Part shown: one piece after another, positions 1 to 9,120 of the stretch | How the letters are laid out: every line of letters starts with the position of its first letter | Position numbering within the stretch: the first letter of the stretch is position 1 | DNA from: a virus | Taxonomy: Duplodnaviria > Heunggongvirae > Uroviricota > Caudoviricetes | DNA: 64,000 nucleotides | Virus record (IMG/VR): IMGVR_UViG_3300031784_000011 | Span: 64,001-128,000 of that record | Strand: one strand, 5' to 3' | The notes under the pieces: generated by a model | The model's database searches: none | Told to the model about the DNA's origin: nothing | The model's input: only the letters and a program-made list of their open reading frames with translations | Program-made: the position numbers and the translations under genes

Positions 1-72
1 CGCCCATCCGATGGTCTTGGTTGAAATGTCTAATCCCAAAATTTTGGGTGCATTCTTAAATTTTATACTCAT
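1..72 (-). CDS. RuvC-like Holliday junction resolvase, 5' part only (runs off window)
   Basis: Manual translation from ATG at 72: MSIKFKNAPKILGLDISTKTIGWA. ILGLDIS...GWA is the typical first catalytic strand of RuvC/RNase H-fold resolvases. Not in the ORF track. Confidence 0.75.
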   Translation of the reverse strand, partial: MSIKFKNAPKILGLDISTKTIGWA

Positions 73-78
73 ATAAAA

Positions 79-107
79 ATTATATGAGATATCATTTAAA
101 TTGTAAA
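79..107 (-). promoter_or_regulatory. sigma70-like promoter for the RuvC-like gene
   Basis: Minus strand TTTACA (107-102), 17-nt spacer, TATAAT (84-79). Predicted +1 falls at about 72, the A of the ATG. Confidence 0.65.
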
Positions 108-110
108 GAG

Positions 111-2261
111 TTAGAAATCTATTTTTATTGCGAATACTTGTGTTCCGCTTCTTTTTACAGGATTGGCGGTCTTACCTATTGCCAACACTTCTTTATTTTC
201 GTTCAATAAAGCAACTTCTGTAATTCTCTTATCTTGACCTGTAGTATACGTTGGATTTTGTGTAACATTAAATTGACTAGCCGGTAAGTTCACCAAGAAA
301 TTCATTTTCTCAATATCCGTTGCTCTTACCAATTTAATACTACCAGGAAAAGGTTGTTCATCACCAAACTGTGGTGCTGTTGATGGTTGATTTGGTATCT
401 CACCAATATAAGATTCTAAATCAAATATTGTAGTATCATTATCGTACATGTCAAAAGTAACTTGAAATGAATAATCAACTAAGTTCGCAGGGTTAATTGT
501 GTTACCAACAGTATGATTTGGTATATATTGAGTCATATCCAATAATTTCCAAAGATTTGGTTCAGGTAAATCACCATAATTGGTAACTTGAATTAATAAT
601 TGGAACTGATTAGCTATAAACCCATTTTTAAAATTACAAGTACTACCTGTTACCATATCTGTGAAATAACCATTTGCGAACTTGACATATAACTGACAGG
701 GAGTTGTATAATAGGTACTACCTGTTGTTGTTTCGAATTTAGTATAGTAGTTACAAGGTAATCCATTCATTTGGGTATCACCCGTGTAGTTTAACATGTA
801 TGTTAACCATATAGTCTGTTCAGTTGAACCAGAATAAAAAGATTGTGCGGCTGGTAAATCACTTGGTAATAAGTTTATTTTTGGTGAAGGTAGTGTGTAC
901 TTTCTGTTAGATTTATAATCCATAACAGCAACCAACTCTTGGTCGTCAATGACAACTACTTTATTGTTTACGAAAATTTTACCAACTCTATTTCCAATCT
1001 CATCTAATAGATATCTGTACTTGATTTTTTGGTATGCGTTTTTCTTCGAACTAACAAAGTAATCTGTTGTGTCCATAGTAAGTAAAGCACCTATTGTTGT
1101 ACCAGTATTTCTATGGTATTGAATAAATGGGATATATACTTCAAAATATTCTAAATCTGTTATCGTGTTACCAATTGAGTCTTCTAACAATGCTTGAGAT
1201 TCCGTATTATTTGTGCTTATATAATCGTCGTACTTATAGAATCTTTCAGGGTCATTTTTTAAATCTCCGAGTTCTGAATAATGGATTACAGCAATACATC
1301 TTTGTTCCTCAGGAGTAACTTCAATCACTTCATTATATGAATTTTTATAAGAAGTGGGGTTAGTTACCGTGGTACCTGAACTTGTTGTAAATGTTTGACC
1401 ACTTGATGTTGTATAACCTAAAAATTGTTTAGTTGATACGTGTTTGTTTGATGTAAAACCTGTTATGTTTTCGTCCACACCATTAACGTCAAAACCGATT
1501 GGTTTCATACCCCAAACGACATTCATGGTCCATGAATTTAATTGTTGTGTTGGGTCAATTTCCGCGGGTTTACAGTTTGGATTATATGTTACACTTACAG
1601 GATATTCATTTTCACAAGAATTACATACCACTTGAGCGGGACCTGTACATCCTGAAAAATTAGGTGTCGCTCTATCAAGATAAAGTGTATTTCCTGTTAC
1701 ACCTGTAATTTTATATGTTAAACTGTTTGTTTCACCAGTGATTACAGGATGATTTGGGTCATTACCACAAAATCCACCATAAACTATTGTAATATACTCA
1801 CAGTCATTAAAACTAGCACCTGTTAATACGGTCACACTATTATCACCTGTCATCGCGGATAATGATATTTGTTGAGTTTCACACTCAACACTCGTTCCTG
1901 TACAATTACTACTATCATAATCAATATACTCGGTTACAAAACCGGCAGGACCCATAACGTTTCTTAAAGTATCGGTGGTTGAAGATTGTACGGGAATACC
2001 ATAAACCGTAGAACCCGTGTTACTACTATCTAATTTATAGGGATATTTTACACCCCCTTCTTTATCAAAGGGTGCAAAGACCATTTGAAATGGTTGTGAG
2101 TTTAATCCTGTAAAATTATCAAACGGTGATGTGTAATCAAATTCAGAATCCCCAATTTGAAAATATGCGATGTTAAAACTACCTTTTGCAATAGAATTTC
2201 TACCCTTTTGGGTGATTCTAACTGATAAAAATTCTGAATTATTATTACTTAAAAAACTCAT
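111..2261 (-). CDS. Probable tail fibre-anchor/baseplate protein (DUF3751/P2 gpH N-terminal-like ends with large insert)
   Basis: N-term VRITQKGRNSIAKGSFNIAYFQIGDSE and C-term ITEVALLNENKEVLAIGKTANPVK resemble the two ends of the tail-collar fibre (DUF3751) fold. Lies in a structural cluster with TATTTAT upstream. Confidence 0.5.
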   Translation of the reverse strand: MSFLSNNNSEFLSVRITQKGRNSIAKGSFNIAYFQIGDSEFDYTSPFDNFTGLNSQPFQMVFAPFDKEGGVKYPYKLDSSNTGSTVYGIPVQSSTTDTLRNVMGPAGFVTEYIDYDSSNCTGTSVECETQQISLSAMTGDNSVTVLTGASFNDCEYITIVYGGFCGNDPNHPVITGETNSLTYKITGVTGNTLYLDRATPNFSGCTGPAQVVCNSCENEYPVSVTYNPNCKPAEIDPTQQLNSWTMNVVWGMKPIGFDVNGVDENITGFTSNKHVSTKQFLGYTTSSGQTFTTSSGTTVTNPTSYKNSYNEVIEVTPEEQRCIAVIHYSELGDLKNDPERFYKYDDYISTNNTESQALLEDSIGNTITDLEYFEVYIPFIQYHRNTGTTIGALLTMDTTDYFVSSKKNAYQKIKYRYLLDEIGNRVGKIFVNNKVVVIDDQELVAVMDYKSNRKYTLPSPKINLLPSDLPAAQSFYSGSTEQTIWLTYMLNYTGDTQMNGLPCNYYTKFETTTGSTYYTTPCQLYVKFANGYFTDMVTGSTCNFKNGFIANQFQLLIQVTNYGDLPEPNLWKLLDMTQYIPNHTVGNTINPANLVDYSFQVTFDMYDNDTTIFDLESYIGEIPNQPSTAPQFGDEQPFPGSIKLVRATDIEKMNFLVNLPASQFNVTQNPTYTTGQDKRITEVALLNENKEVLAIGKTANPVKRSGTQVFAIKIDF

Positions 2262-2270
2262 GGTTATAAT

Positions 2271-2277
2271 ATAAATA
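2271..2277 (-). promoter_or_regulatory. TATTTAT putative late-promoter motif
   Basis: 9 nt upstream of ATG 2261. Confidence 0.55.
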
Positions 2278-2298
2278 CTTTAGTTGAGATAATCAATT

Positions 2299-5220
2299 TT
2301 AATTACATGTTCCAGTGCTTGTAAAAGTACCGTCACCATCATTCGTAACTTGAGGTGTTGGTGTTAAATAACCACAGTATGTCTCAGTTGTACCATTCCC
2401 AACAGTAATAAATTGAAGGGTACCGGTACAGTCAGTATAACTAAATGTGGTATGACCTCCTGTTCCTGTCGTTCCTCCATCGAATTCCCATAGTATGTCA
2501 CATGGAGTAGCCGAACTGGTTGGGGTGAGTGTTGGTGTTGGGGTATTTGTTGGTGTTACTGTATTGGTAGAAGTCACGGTCGGTGTTGGTGTTACAGTTT
2601 CAGTTGGTGTAACTGTATTAGTAGGTGTTACAGTATTCGTTGGGGTTACGGTCGGTGTTGGTGTTACAGTTTCAGTTGGTGTAACTGTATTAGTAGGTGT
2701 TATTGTTGGTGTTGATGTGGGCGAACCACCGGGTGATGTTGTAATTGTTGGAGTTACTGTATTAGTAGGTGTTACAGTATTCGTTGGGGTTACGGTCGGT
2801 GTTGGTGTTAAAGTATTGGTGGGTGTGGGTGTTACAAGTGGTATGATTGAATCGGAGCAAATACCCACCCTAGAACCTGAGGCACCACCATTACCTGATA
2901 TGGTCATCGAGATAAATGGTGTTGAATTTGTTATTATGAATTTTCCACCACCATTGACAAAAAGTGGTGCGGTTGAGCCACCAATAATTGTGTTACCTGT
3001 TATTGTTACATAACAACTTAACGGTGAAGATATTGTGGGGGTACCTGTATTTGTTGTAAATGTGAAATCTTCATCACTAGTACCACCCATACCGGTTATA
3101 AAAACAACTAAATCATTTACTGGTGAACTAAAATTGTATCTATATGAGAAAGGTCCTGAATTTCCTAAAAAGTTATGATAGTCGGTCATTACAATAGTGT
3201 CACCAACACAGGATGACGTGTATCCAGATGTATTTTCGGTAACACTACCACTATATGTTGATGTTATAGAAACACCGTTCACTGTCGAGGGGACATAAAC
3301 GCTATCGTTACAAGTATACCCTGTTGATGGTGTACTACTAACAGTTGGTGTTGGGGTAAGTGTTGGTGTATTCGTAGGAGTCGCACTCTGAGTCGGTGTT
3401 ACTGTTGGGGTGGGTGATGATATCGGTGTCGACGAACTATCACAACAATCATCCAAATTAACTCTAAAAACTTGTTCACAACAACCTTCACAATCAATTC
3501 TAACATATATCTCCATTAATGTTGGGTCTATACCTGTAATATCACAAATATCTCCTGTGGACATACTTGTACATGAAGTTATACCTGTTATGTTAGTTGA
3601 AGTTAATCCGGTATAGACCGTACAATTTGTATAATTAGAACCGGAATTAAATGAAATCTTAACGCCTTTTGGGGTGACCAAATCGTTTACACAACCTGAA
3701 GGTGTAACAGTAGGTGTAGGGGTTTTTGTTGGGGTGTTGGTGGGTGTTGGGGTTGGCGAACCACCAGGTGTTGATGTAACTGATGGTGTAACGCTAGGTG
3801 TTAGAGTCGGTGTTGATGTTACTGTAAGTGTAACTGTCGGTGTTAAAGACGGAGTTGTTGAAGGTGTTTCACTTGGTGTATTAGAGGGTGTTGCCGATGG
3901 TGAAGTAGTTGGTGTGGGCGAACCTCCTGGTGATGAAGTAACTGTAGGTGTAACTGTATTTGTAGGGGTTGATGTATTGGTTGGAGTTACTGATGGTGAG
4001 GTAGTTGGTGTGGGTGTAGGTGAATCGCCTGGTGATGAAGTAACTGTAGGTGTAACTGTATTTGTGGGAGTTGATGTATTGGTTGGTGTAGGTGAACCGC
4101 CAGGTGAAGTTGTGACTGTAGGTGTAACTGTATTTGTAGGAGTTACTGTTGGTGTGACAGATACAGTTGAAACCGGCGAACTTGTTGGTGTTACTGTTGG
4201 TGTTACTGTTGGTGTGACAGATACAGTTGAAGCTGGTGAACTTGTTGGTTCAGGAGTGACTGTAGGTGTGACTGTCGGAGTACTAGTTAATGTAGGTGTT
4301 GGGACCGGTAGTGAGTCACAATTTTGGTAGTCCTCACAACCACCATTAGGATTCACAACTATATTAGTTGGGTCACTGAATGTAATTGTTTGATTGTCAA
4401 AACATACACATTGATAAACCGTAGCAAAAGGTGCGATGGTTCCGGAAGTTTGAAGCAAACCATAACAATCAGTATATGAATATGTAATTGTATTTCCATC
4501 TTCACTTATGATTTGTTTACACACACAATCCGTACATATTGATGGTGTTGGTGTTGGGGTGGGGGATAGTGTTGGTGTTACAGTGTTAGTTGGTGTGGGT
4601 GTAACTGTTTTAGTAAGTGTTGGAGTTGGGGTTGGGGTTTCTGTGGGTGTTTCTGAAGGTGTTGGGGTTGGGGTTTCTGTGGGTGTTTCTGTTGGAGTTG
4701 GGGTTTCTGTGGGTGTTTCTGTTGGAGTTGGTGTCGGGGTTGGTGAAGGACATGATGGACACTCACCAGCTGTACAACTTGGTTGTGAAACCCACGTCCC
4801 AGTGTCGTCAACTGTTGCGGTTGAAGGGCCCGACGCAACCGCAATATAACAATCCGTATTGTCAGTGTATACACTACCTACTATATAATTTAATCCACTT
4901 TGTACTTCATAAATAGTGCCTCCTTGTTCACAACATTTTTCAAAAAAAGTGGTTTCTTGACATTGTGAACCACTATCATTTGCAGTACTATTCGATGCGG
5001 TTAATGGAGAATCGTTTTTAAAATAATATAAACTAGGTAATCCATTTTGTATGTCGGTACAAATAGTATAACTACCATTTGAAAAACTTGTTGTTGTAAG
5101 TACACCATTACAGTTGTAATAAGCAACATACACCTTACCATTATTAACAGGGTTAGTGTTACCGGTGGCATTACCGGTATCCAATGAACTTATTGTGACG
5201 TTATATAATTGACAAGCCAT
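2299..5220 (-). CDS. 973-aa Thr/Pro/Ser-rich (mucin-like) protein with Cys modules; putative fibre/decoration protein
   Basis: TPT tracts separate Cys-rich modules and a beta-rich domain (CNDSVYVP...GICSDS). No signal peptide or TM segment visible. Confidence 0.8.
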   Translation of the reverse strand: MACQLYNVTISSLDTGNATGNTNPVNNGKVYVAYYNCNGVLTTTSFSNGSYTICTDIQNGLPSLYYFKNDSPLTASNSTANDSGSQCQETTFFEKCCEQGGTIYEVQSGLNYIVGSVYTDNTDCYIAVASGPSTATVDDTGTWVSQPSCTAGECPSCPSPTPTPTPTETPTETPTPTETPTETPTPTPSETPTETPTPTPTLTKTVTPTPTNTVTPTLSPTPTPTPSICTDCVCKQIISEDGNTITYSYTDCYGLLQTSGTIAPFATVYQCVCFDNQTITFSDPTNIVVNPNGGCEDYQNCDSLPVPTPTLTSTPTVTPTVTPEPTSSPASTVSVTPTVTPTVTPTSSPVSTVSVTPTVTPTNTVTPTVTTSPGGSPTPTNTSTPTNTVTPTVTSSPGDSPTPTPTTSPSVTPTNTSTPTNTVTPTVTSSPGGSPTPTTSPSATPSNTPSETPSTTPSLTPTVTLTVTSTPTLTPSVTPSVTSTPGGSPTPTPTNTPTKTPTPTVTPSGCVNDLVTPKGVKISFNSGSNYTNCTVYTGLTSTNITGITSCTSMSTGDICDITGIDPTLMEIYVRIDCEGCCEQVFRVNLDDCCDSSSTPISSPTPTVTPTQSATPTNTPTLTPTPTVSSTPSTGYTCNDSVYVPSTVNGVSITSTYSGSVTENTSGYTSSCVGDTIVMTDYHNFLGNSGPFSYRYNFSSPVNDLVVFITGMGGTSDEDFTFTTNTGTPTISSPLSCYVTITGNTIIGGSTAPLFVNGGGKFIITNSTPFISMTISGNGGASGSRVGICSDSIIPLVTPTPTNTLTPTPTVTPTNTVTPTNTVTPTITTSPGGSPTSTPTITPTNTVTPTETVTPTPTVTPTNTVTPTNTVTPTETVTPTPTVTSTNTVTPTNTPTPTLTPTSSATPCDILWEFDGGTTGTGGHTTFSYTDCTGTLQFITVGNGTTETYCGYLTPTPQVTNDGDGTFTSTGTCN

Positions 5221-5223
5221 TTA

Positions 5224-5574
5224 TTACGTTATTTGAACAACATTAACATTAAATGCACATGGGTAGTAACAATCACTACATCTTAAATCAACTAATGCTA
5301 ATTGATAACCACCTTGCAATTTTGGTACCGATGATGGTACAGGGTTTATGTGTCCGTCACAGTGTTCCACAAATACAAAAATTTGTGGTATGTTATCCAA
5401 TAAACTTATATTAAACGTATATCCCGTTGATATTGGAATTAAAACTTCAACCCCATTGATATAATTTGCATCATCAATATTATGTGTTAACCCTGTGTAG
5501 ATATAGTACCCGTTACAAGGTGTTTGTCCTGAAAAATTTGATATTGTTACTGAGTATGTTACTAATGACGGCAT
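5224..5574 (-). CDS. 116-aa small Cys-containing beta-rich protein
   Basis: ORF with TATTTAT upstream. YIYTGLT...IFVFVEHC resembles the TVYTGLT...IYVRIDC module of the 973-aa protein. Confidence 0.75.
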   Translation of the reverse strand: MPSLVTYSVTISNFSGQTPCNGYYIYTGLTHNIDDANYINGVEVLIPISTGYTFNISLLDNIPQIFVFVEHCDGHINPVPSSVPKLQGGYQLALVDLRCSDCYYPCAFNVNVVQIT

Positions 5575-5580
5575 TATTTC

Positions 5581-5587
5581 ATAAATA
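5581..5587 (-). promoter_or_regulatory. TATTTAT putative late-promoter motif
   Basis: 6 nt upstream of ATG 5574. Confidence 0.55.
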
Positions 5588-5599
5588 TAAATTCAATGT

Positions 5600-6448
5600 T
5601 TAATTACAATAATCGGGATTTAAATCACAATCTATAAATGCAATACCACAATAGTTAGGGTCTGTTATGGTTCCACTTAAACCGGTTTGTGCAACTAAGT
5701 ATTCACCAGCACTTGGATTGAGTGTAATATTTCCACTATCCTGTGATGAACCAATGAATATTTGCCATTGTGGTGATGTGTATACCGCAATTACCACCCC
5801 TGAACTATTAACCTTATAAAAAGTAATTGGGATATTTGAAGTGGCGGTTGTTACACTACCTAAATTATCTTTTAGTGTCCAAGTAACTTCATATTGTATA
5901 TTTTCATCTATCGTTTCAATACTGTACCATAAACAATATGATGAAGGGGTGTTTTGTGTTGGAGTAGGAGTTGGAGTCTTGGTAACTGTTGGGGTTGGTG
6001 ATAAACCAGGAGTTTTTGTTGGAGTAGGGGTTGGTGTAATTGAAGCGTTCGGTGTCTTAGATGGTGTAGCGGTAACTGTTGGTGTTTTTGTAACTGTAGG
6101 TGTTGGGGTTGGGGTTCTTGTAACTGTAGGTGTTGGAGTTGGACTTATTGGTGGGTCACACTGTACCTCAACACTAAAACATAGTGTATCATAACAAGGA
6201 AACGCTTTACTATCGTGAGTGTAAATATTTTTAATTATATAACGACCTGTAGTGTCGTCTGTCATTTTAACCCAATATTGAGTATTAAAACTTAAGTTTG
6301 TAATTGTAACAGCTGTAAGAGTTAAACCTGTTGCGTAAAGTGTAAATGTTGAATTGTTCGTTTCAGGATACGGGCTATCACCGGACTTGTATCTAATTGA
6401 GTACGTACCATCATTGATTATATTGTATAAACGAACATTTAATCCCAT
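5600..6448 (-). CDS. 282-aa protein: two beta-rich (Fn3/Ig-like) domains joined by a Pro/Thr linker
   Basis: N-domain (...[17 protein letters not shown]) is Fn3-like, followed by about 70 aa of PT linker and a C-domain ending [16 protein letters not shown]. Confidence 0.75.
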   Translation of the reverse strand: MGLNVRLYNIINDGTYSIRYKSGDSPYPETNNSTFTLYATGLTLTAVTITNLSFNTQYWVKMTDDTTGRYIIKNIYTHDSKAFPCYDTLCFSVEVQCDPPISPTPTPTVTRTPTPTPTVTKTPTVTATPSKTPNASITPTPTPTKTPGLSPTPTVTKTPTPTPTQNTPSSYCLWYSIETIDENIQYEVTWTLKDNLGSVTTATSNIPITFYKVNSSGVVIAVYTSPQWQIFIGSSQDSGNITLNPSAGEYLVAQTGLSGTITDPNYCGIAFIDCDLNPDYCN

Positions 6449-6474
6449 TTTTTAATTATTGATTTCTATATTTG

Positions 6475-6481
6475 ATAAATA
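6475..6481 (-). promoter_or_regulatory. TATTTAT putative late-promoter motif
   Basis: 26 nt upstream of ATG 6448. Confidence 0.45.
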
Positions 6482-6511
6482 TAAAAAATCCTATTTTATA
6501 GTAAAGTTATT

Positions 6512-9076
6512 TTAACATCCATCACCAATTGTATACTGAGTAGTTACCGAACCAGAAACTACTTCATAAATTACACTTCCAATTTGAAAAAACCCATCAA
6601 ATGTTGTTGTTAAGTTATTATTCGTGTAGATGGTAACACCTGAATCATAAATATTGACCACATTTGGTAATGTGTATAATGTTACACTATACGAACCTGA
6701 ACACAACACAACCCCACTACAGTAATTTGTACATCCAACCATATTCCATTCTTGATATGTCGGACTAGGTGTTGGTGTAACTGATGGAGTTTTAGTTGGG
6801 GTTGGGGTTTTAGTTAAAGTAGGGGTTGGGGTTGGGGAAACCGCTACCAAGGATGAACCACAAATTTCGTATAGAGCATTATCATTTATACCATATATTG
6901 TATTTGTCGGTACATACAAAGGTTTAGAAATACCGTCACCAATAATTTCACTAAATATACCTGTTGTCGGGTCTAGAACACCTAAGAATCCATCTGACAA
7001 TGTTGAATATCTGCTAATATATAATTTACCGTTATCAGGATTATATATCATAGACCTTGTTGAGCCAAAAATCCAAGTTGCTCCCGATATTGAATTTAAA
7101 GTAAGTGTGGTGTTTGTTGCAACATCTATTTTGTATACCGTAGACGCACTAACTAAATAAATAATATTGTTCGTCACATCCAAAGCAATTAAACTTGCTG
7201 AGGTGATTGGTAGTGATGTACCATCTAACGAAATAGTATTACCAGAACAAGAATATATTCTACCACTCTGAGCGAAATATAATTTATTATTATTAGGATT
7301 GTAAACAGTCGCTTCAGGGTTTGATAAAGTTATACCTGTAATTTGGTTTGTAAAAGTATCTGTTGAACCATCTATGACACTAATTTGTGAAACTGAAAAA
7401 TTTCCACCTGTTTGACTAAATGCATAAATTTTATTTAAAACAGAATTATATTCAATTTTTCCTAAACCTGATGTTATTCCCGAAATTGATATTGACGATG
7501 TTGTGTTTGTGTTTAAATTTCTTATTAACATTTTAACAGGAAATGATGATTCCCAACTGTATAATTTGTTGTTAGTTGAGTTATATCCTAATAATAAACT
7601 ACTTCCTGACCATGTAAATTCATTTGTTAAACTTGTTGAATTTGGGACAAAAGATTGTACAACACTTGATGCGTTTAGAACGTATGCTTTGTTATTTGAT
7701 GATGAATAAACCATACCTTGTCTACCAACGGCAGAATATGAATTCGTTGCGGCAAGAGTATTTCTAACTGAATCACTACAACCACCTGATGGTGTTGGGG
7801 TCAGGGTCGGGGTTACGGTATTAGTAGGTGTTACACTTGGGGTCGCAACTGGATTACCGGATGGACTTGGTGTTGGGGTTTTTGTTGGGGTCGGGGTTGG
7901 AGATACAATAGGTACAGGTAATGTAAAATTCACAGAATTAGTACACGTACCAGTACTTTGAACTGTAAATGTTGTTATTGAATAACACACAAGTGCGGTA
8001 TACCCAGATAATAATTGAGATGTTGTCACACCAGTTGCAATTAATACTATAGTTCCTCCTGTTGTTGTTCCCGAAATATTATAAGGTCCGGCTTGCGTTA
8101 AAAAATAAATTGGGTGTAATGAGAATGTATATTGAGTACATCCTGTAGGTACTAGTGAAGGTGATGGGGTTACTGTGGGTGTTACACTAACAGTTACCGA
8201 AGGTGTTAATGAAGGGGTATTTGTGGGTGTATTTGTTGGTGTAACCGAAGGTGTCGAACCTAACGTACTTGACGGTGTATTTGTGGGTGTATTTGTTGGT
8301 GTAACCGAAGGTGTCGGAGTTAGACTTGGAGTTTTTGTTGGAGTTACAGTATTTGTTGGGGTTGGGGTTTCGGAAGGAGTTTCGGAAGGAGTTTGTGTTA
8401 ATGTGGGTGTTGGAGTTGGGGTCACACTCGGACAAACTACAGTACAGAAACCATTGAAAGATATCCCTGCATATGGGTAACTCGGGTCGTAACAAACATA
8501 TGTTGGTGAAAATGAACCACTATGATATACACCACAACAGTCCGTATAATACCAATTTGGTGAATCGGTTATACCTGAGTAACATAAAGTTGGTGTGGGT
8601 GTTGGAGTAGGGGTAGGAGTTGGACTTGGTGGTGTTAAACAGTCAATACAATTTGTAAAAAGAGCATTTTCAGAAATTAATTGTGCAACAGTATAATTGT
8701 AAGTGGTGCTACCAGTGCCTTGTTCATAAACTCCTGTATAGTTGTAACATGTACCATCATAAGAAATTGTTGCACCTGTACTTTGGAAATACTGATTAAC
8801 TTCTGAATTTTTTAAACCAAAGTAAACAAATGCCCCTGGTATTTGGCAATGTTCAAATTGCCACCCATTAAAATCGTCGTTACATTGTTCACAGGTTGTA
8901 TAACCACTAAAAATAACCGTACCTGACGGTCCACCTCCGACATTTCCTGTTGAAGACCAACATTGGTAATCAGCAAAAATCGTGTCACCCGATAATACTA
9001 AACTGTCATCGACGACAAAATCATAGTATGACGCTGGGTCTAAACAATTTTGAAATGTTATTATTTGTGCTGGCAT
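6512..9076 (-). CDS. 854-aa Cys-module/PT-linker protein with YVTN-type beta-propeller; putative adhesin
   Basis: About seven blades of the form xYNxxNNKxYxxx (MVYSSSNNKAYVLN, VYNPNNNKLYFAQ, MIYNPDNGKLYIS), plus ISVIDGSTDT, at about 6855-7785. Cys modules and PT tracts flank it. Confidence 0.75.
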   Translation of the reverse strand: MPAQIITFQNCLDPASYYDFVVDDSLVLSGDTIFADYQCWSSTGNVGGGPSGTVIFSGYTTCEQCNDDFNGWQFEHCQIPGAFVYFGLKNSEVNQYFQSTGATISYDGTCYNYTGVYEQGTGSTTYNYTVAQLISENALFTNCIDCLTPPSPTPTPTPTPTPTLCYSGITDSPNWYYTDCCGVYHSGSFSPTYVCYDPSYPYAGISFNGFCTVVCPSVTPTPTPTLTQTPSETPSETPTPTNTVTPTKTPSLTPTPSVTPTNTPTNTPSSTLGSTPSVTPTNTPTNTPSLTPSVTVSVTPTVTPSPSLVPTGCTQYTFSLHPIYFLTQAGPYNISGTTTGGTIVLIATGVTTSQLLSGYTALVCYSITTFTVQSTGTCTNSVNFTLPVPIVSPTPTPTKTPTPSPSGNPVATPSVTPTNTVTPTLTPTPSGGCSDSVRNTLAATNSYSAVGRQGMVYSSSNNKAYVLNASSVVQSFVPNSTSLTNEFTWSGSSLLLGYNSTNNKLYSWESSFPVKMLIRNLNTNTTSSISISGITSGLGKIEYNSVLNKIYAFSQTGGNFSVSQISVIDGSTDTFTNQITGITLSNPEATVYNPNNNKLYFAQSGRIYSCSGNTISLDGTSLPITSASLIALDVTNNIIYLVSASTVYKIDVATNTTLTLNSISGATWIFGSTRSMIYNPDNGKLYISRYSTLSDGFLGVLDPTTGIFSEIIGDGISKPLYVPTNTIYGINDNALYEICGSSLVAVSPTPTPTLTKTPTPTKTPSVTPTPSPTYQEWNMVGCTNYCSGVVLCSGSYSVTLYTLPNVVNIYDSGVTIYTNNNLTTTFDGFFQIGSVIYEVVSGSVTTQYTIGDGC

Positions 9077-9093
9077 TTATTACTATTCTTTCT

Positions 9094-9100
9094 ATAAATA
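9094..9100 (-). promoter_or_regulatory. TATTTAT putative late-promoter motif
   Basis: 17 nt upstream of ATG 9076. Confidence 0.5.
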
Positions 9101-9120
9101 CTTAAATCATTATTTTATCA

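Noticed and set aside
5218-5226. In-frame junction of the 116-aa and 973-aa genes as a possible readthrough fusion
   Set aside because: The frames match, but two consecutive TAA codons separate them, which makes readthrough unlikely.
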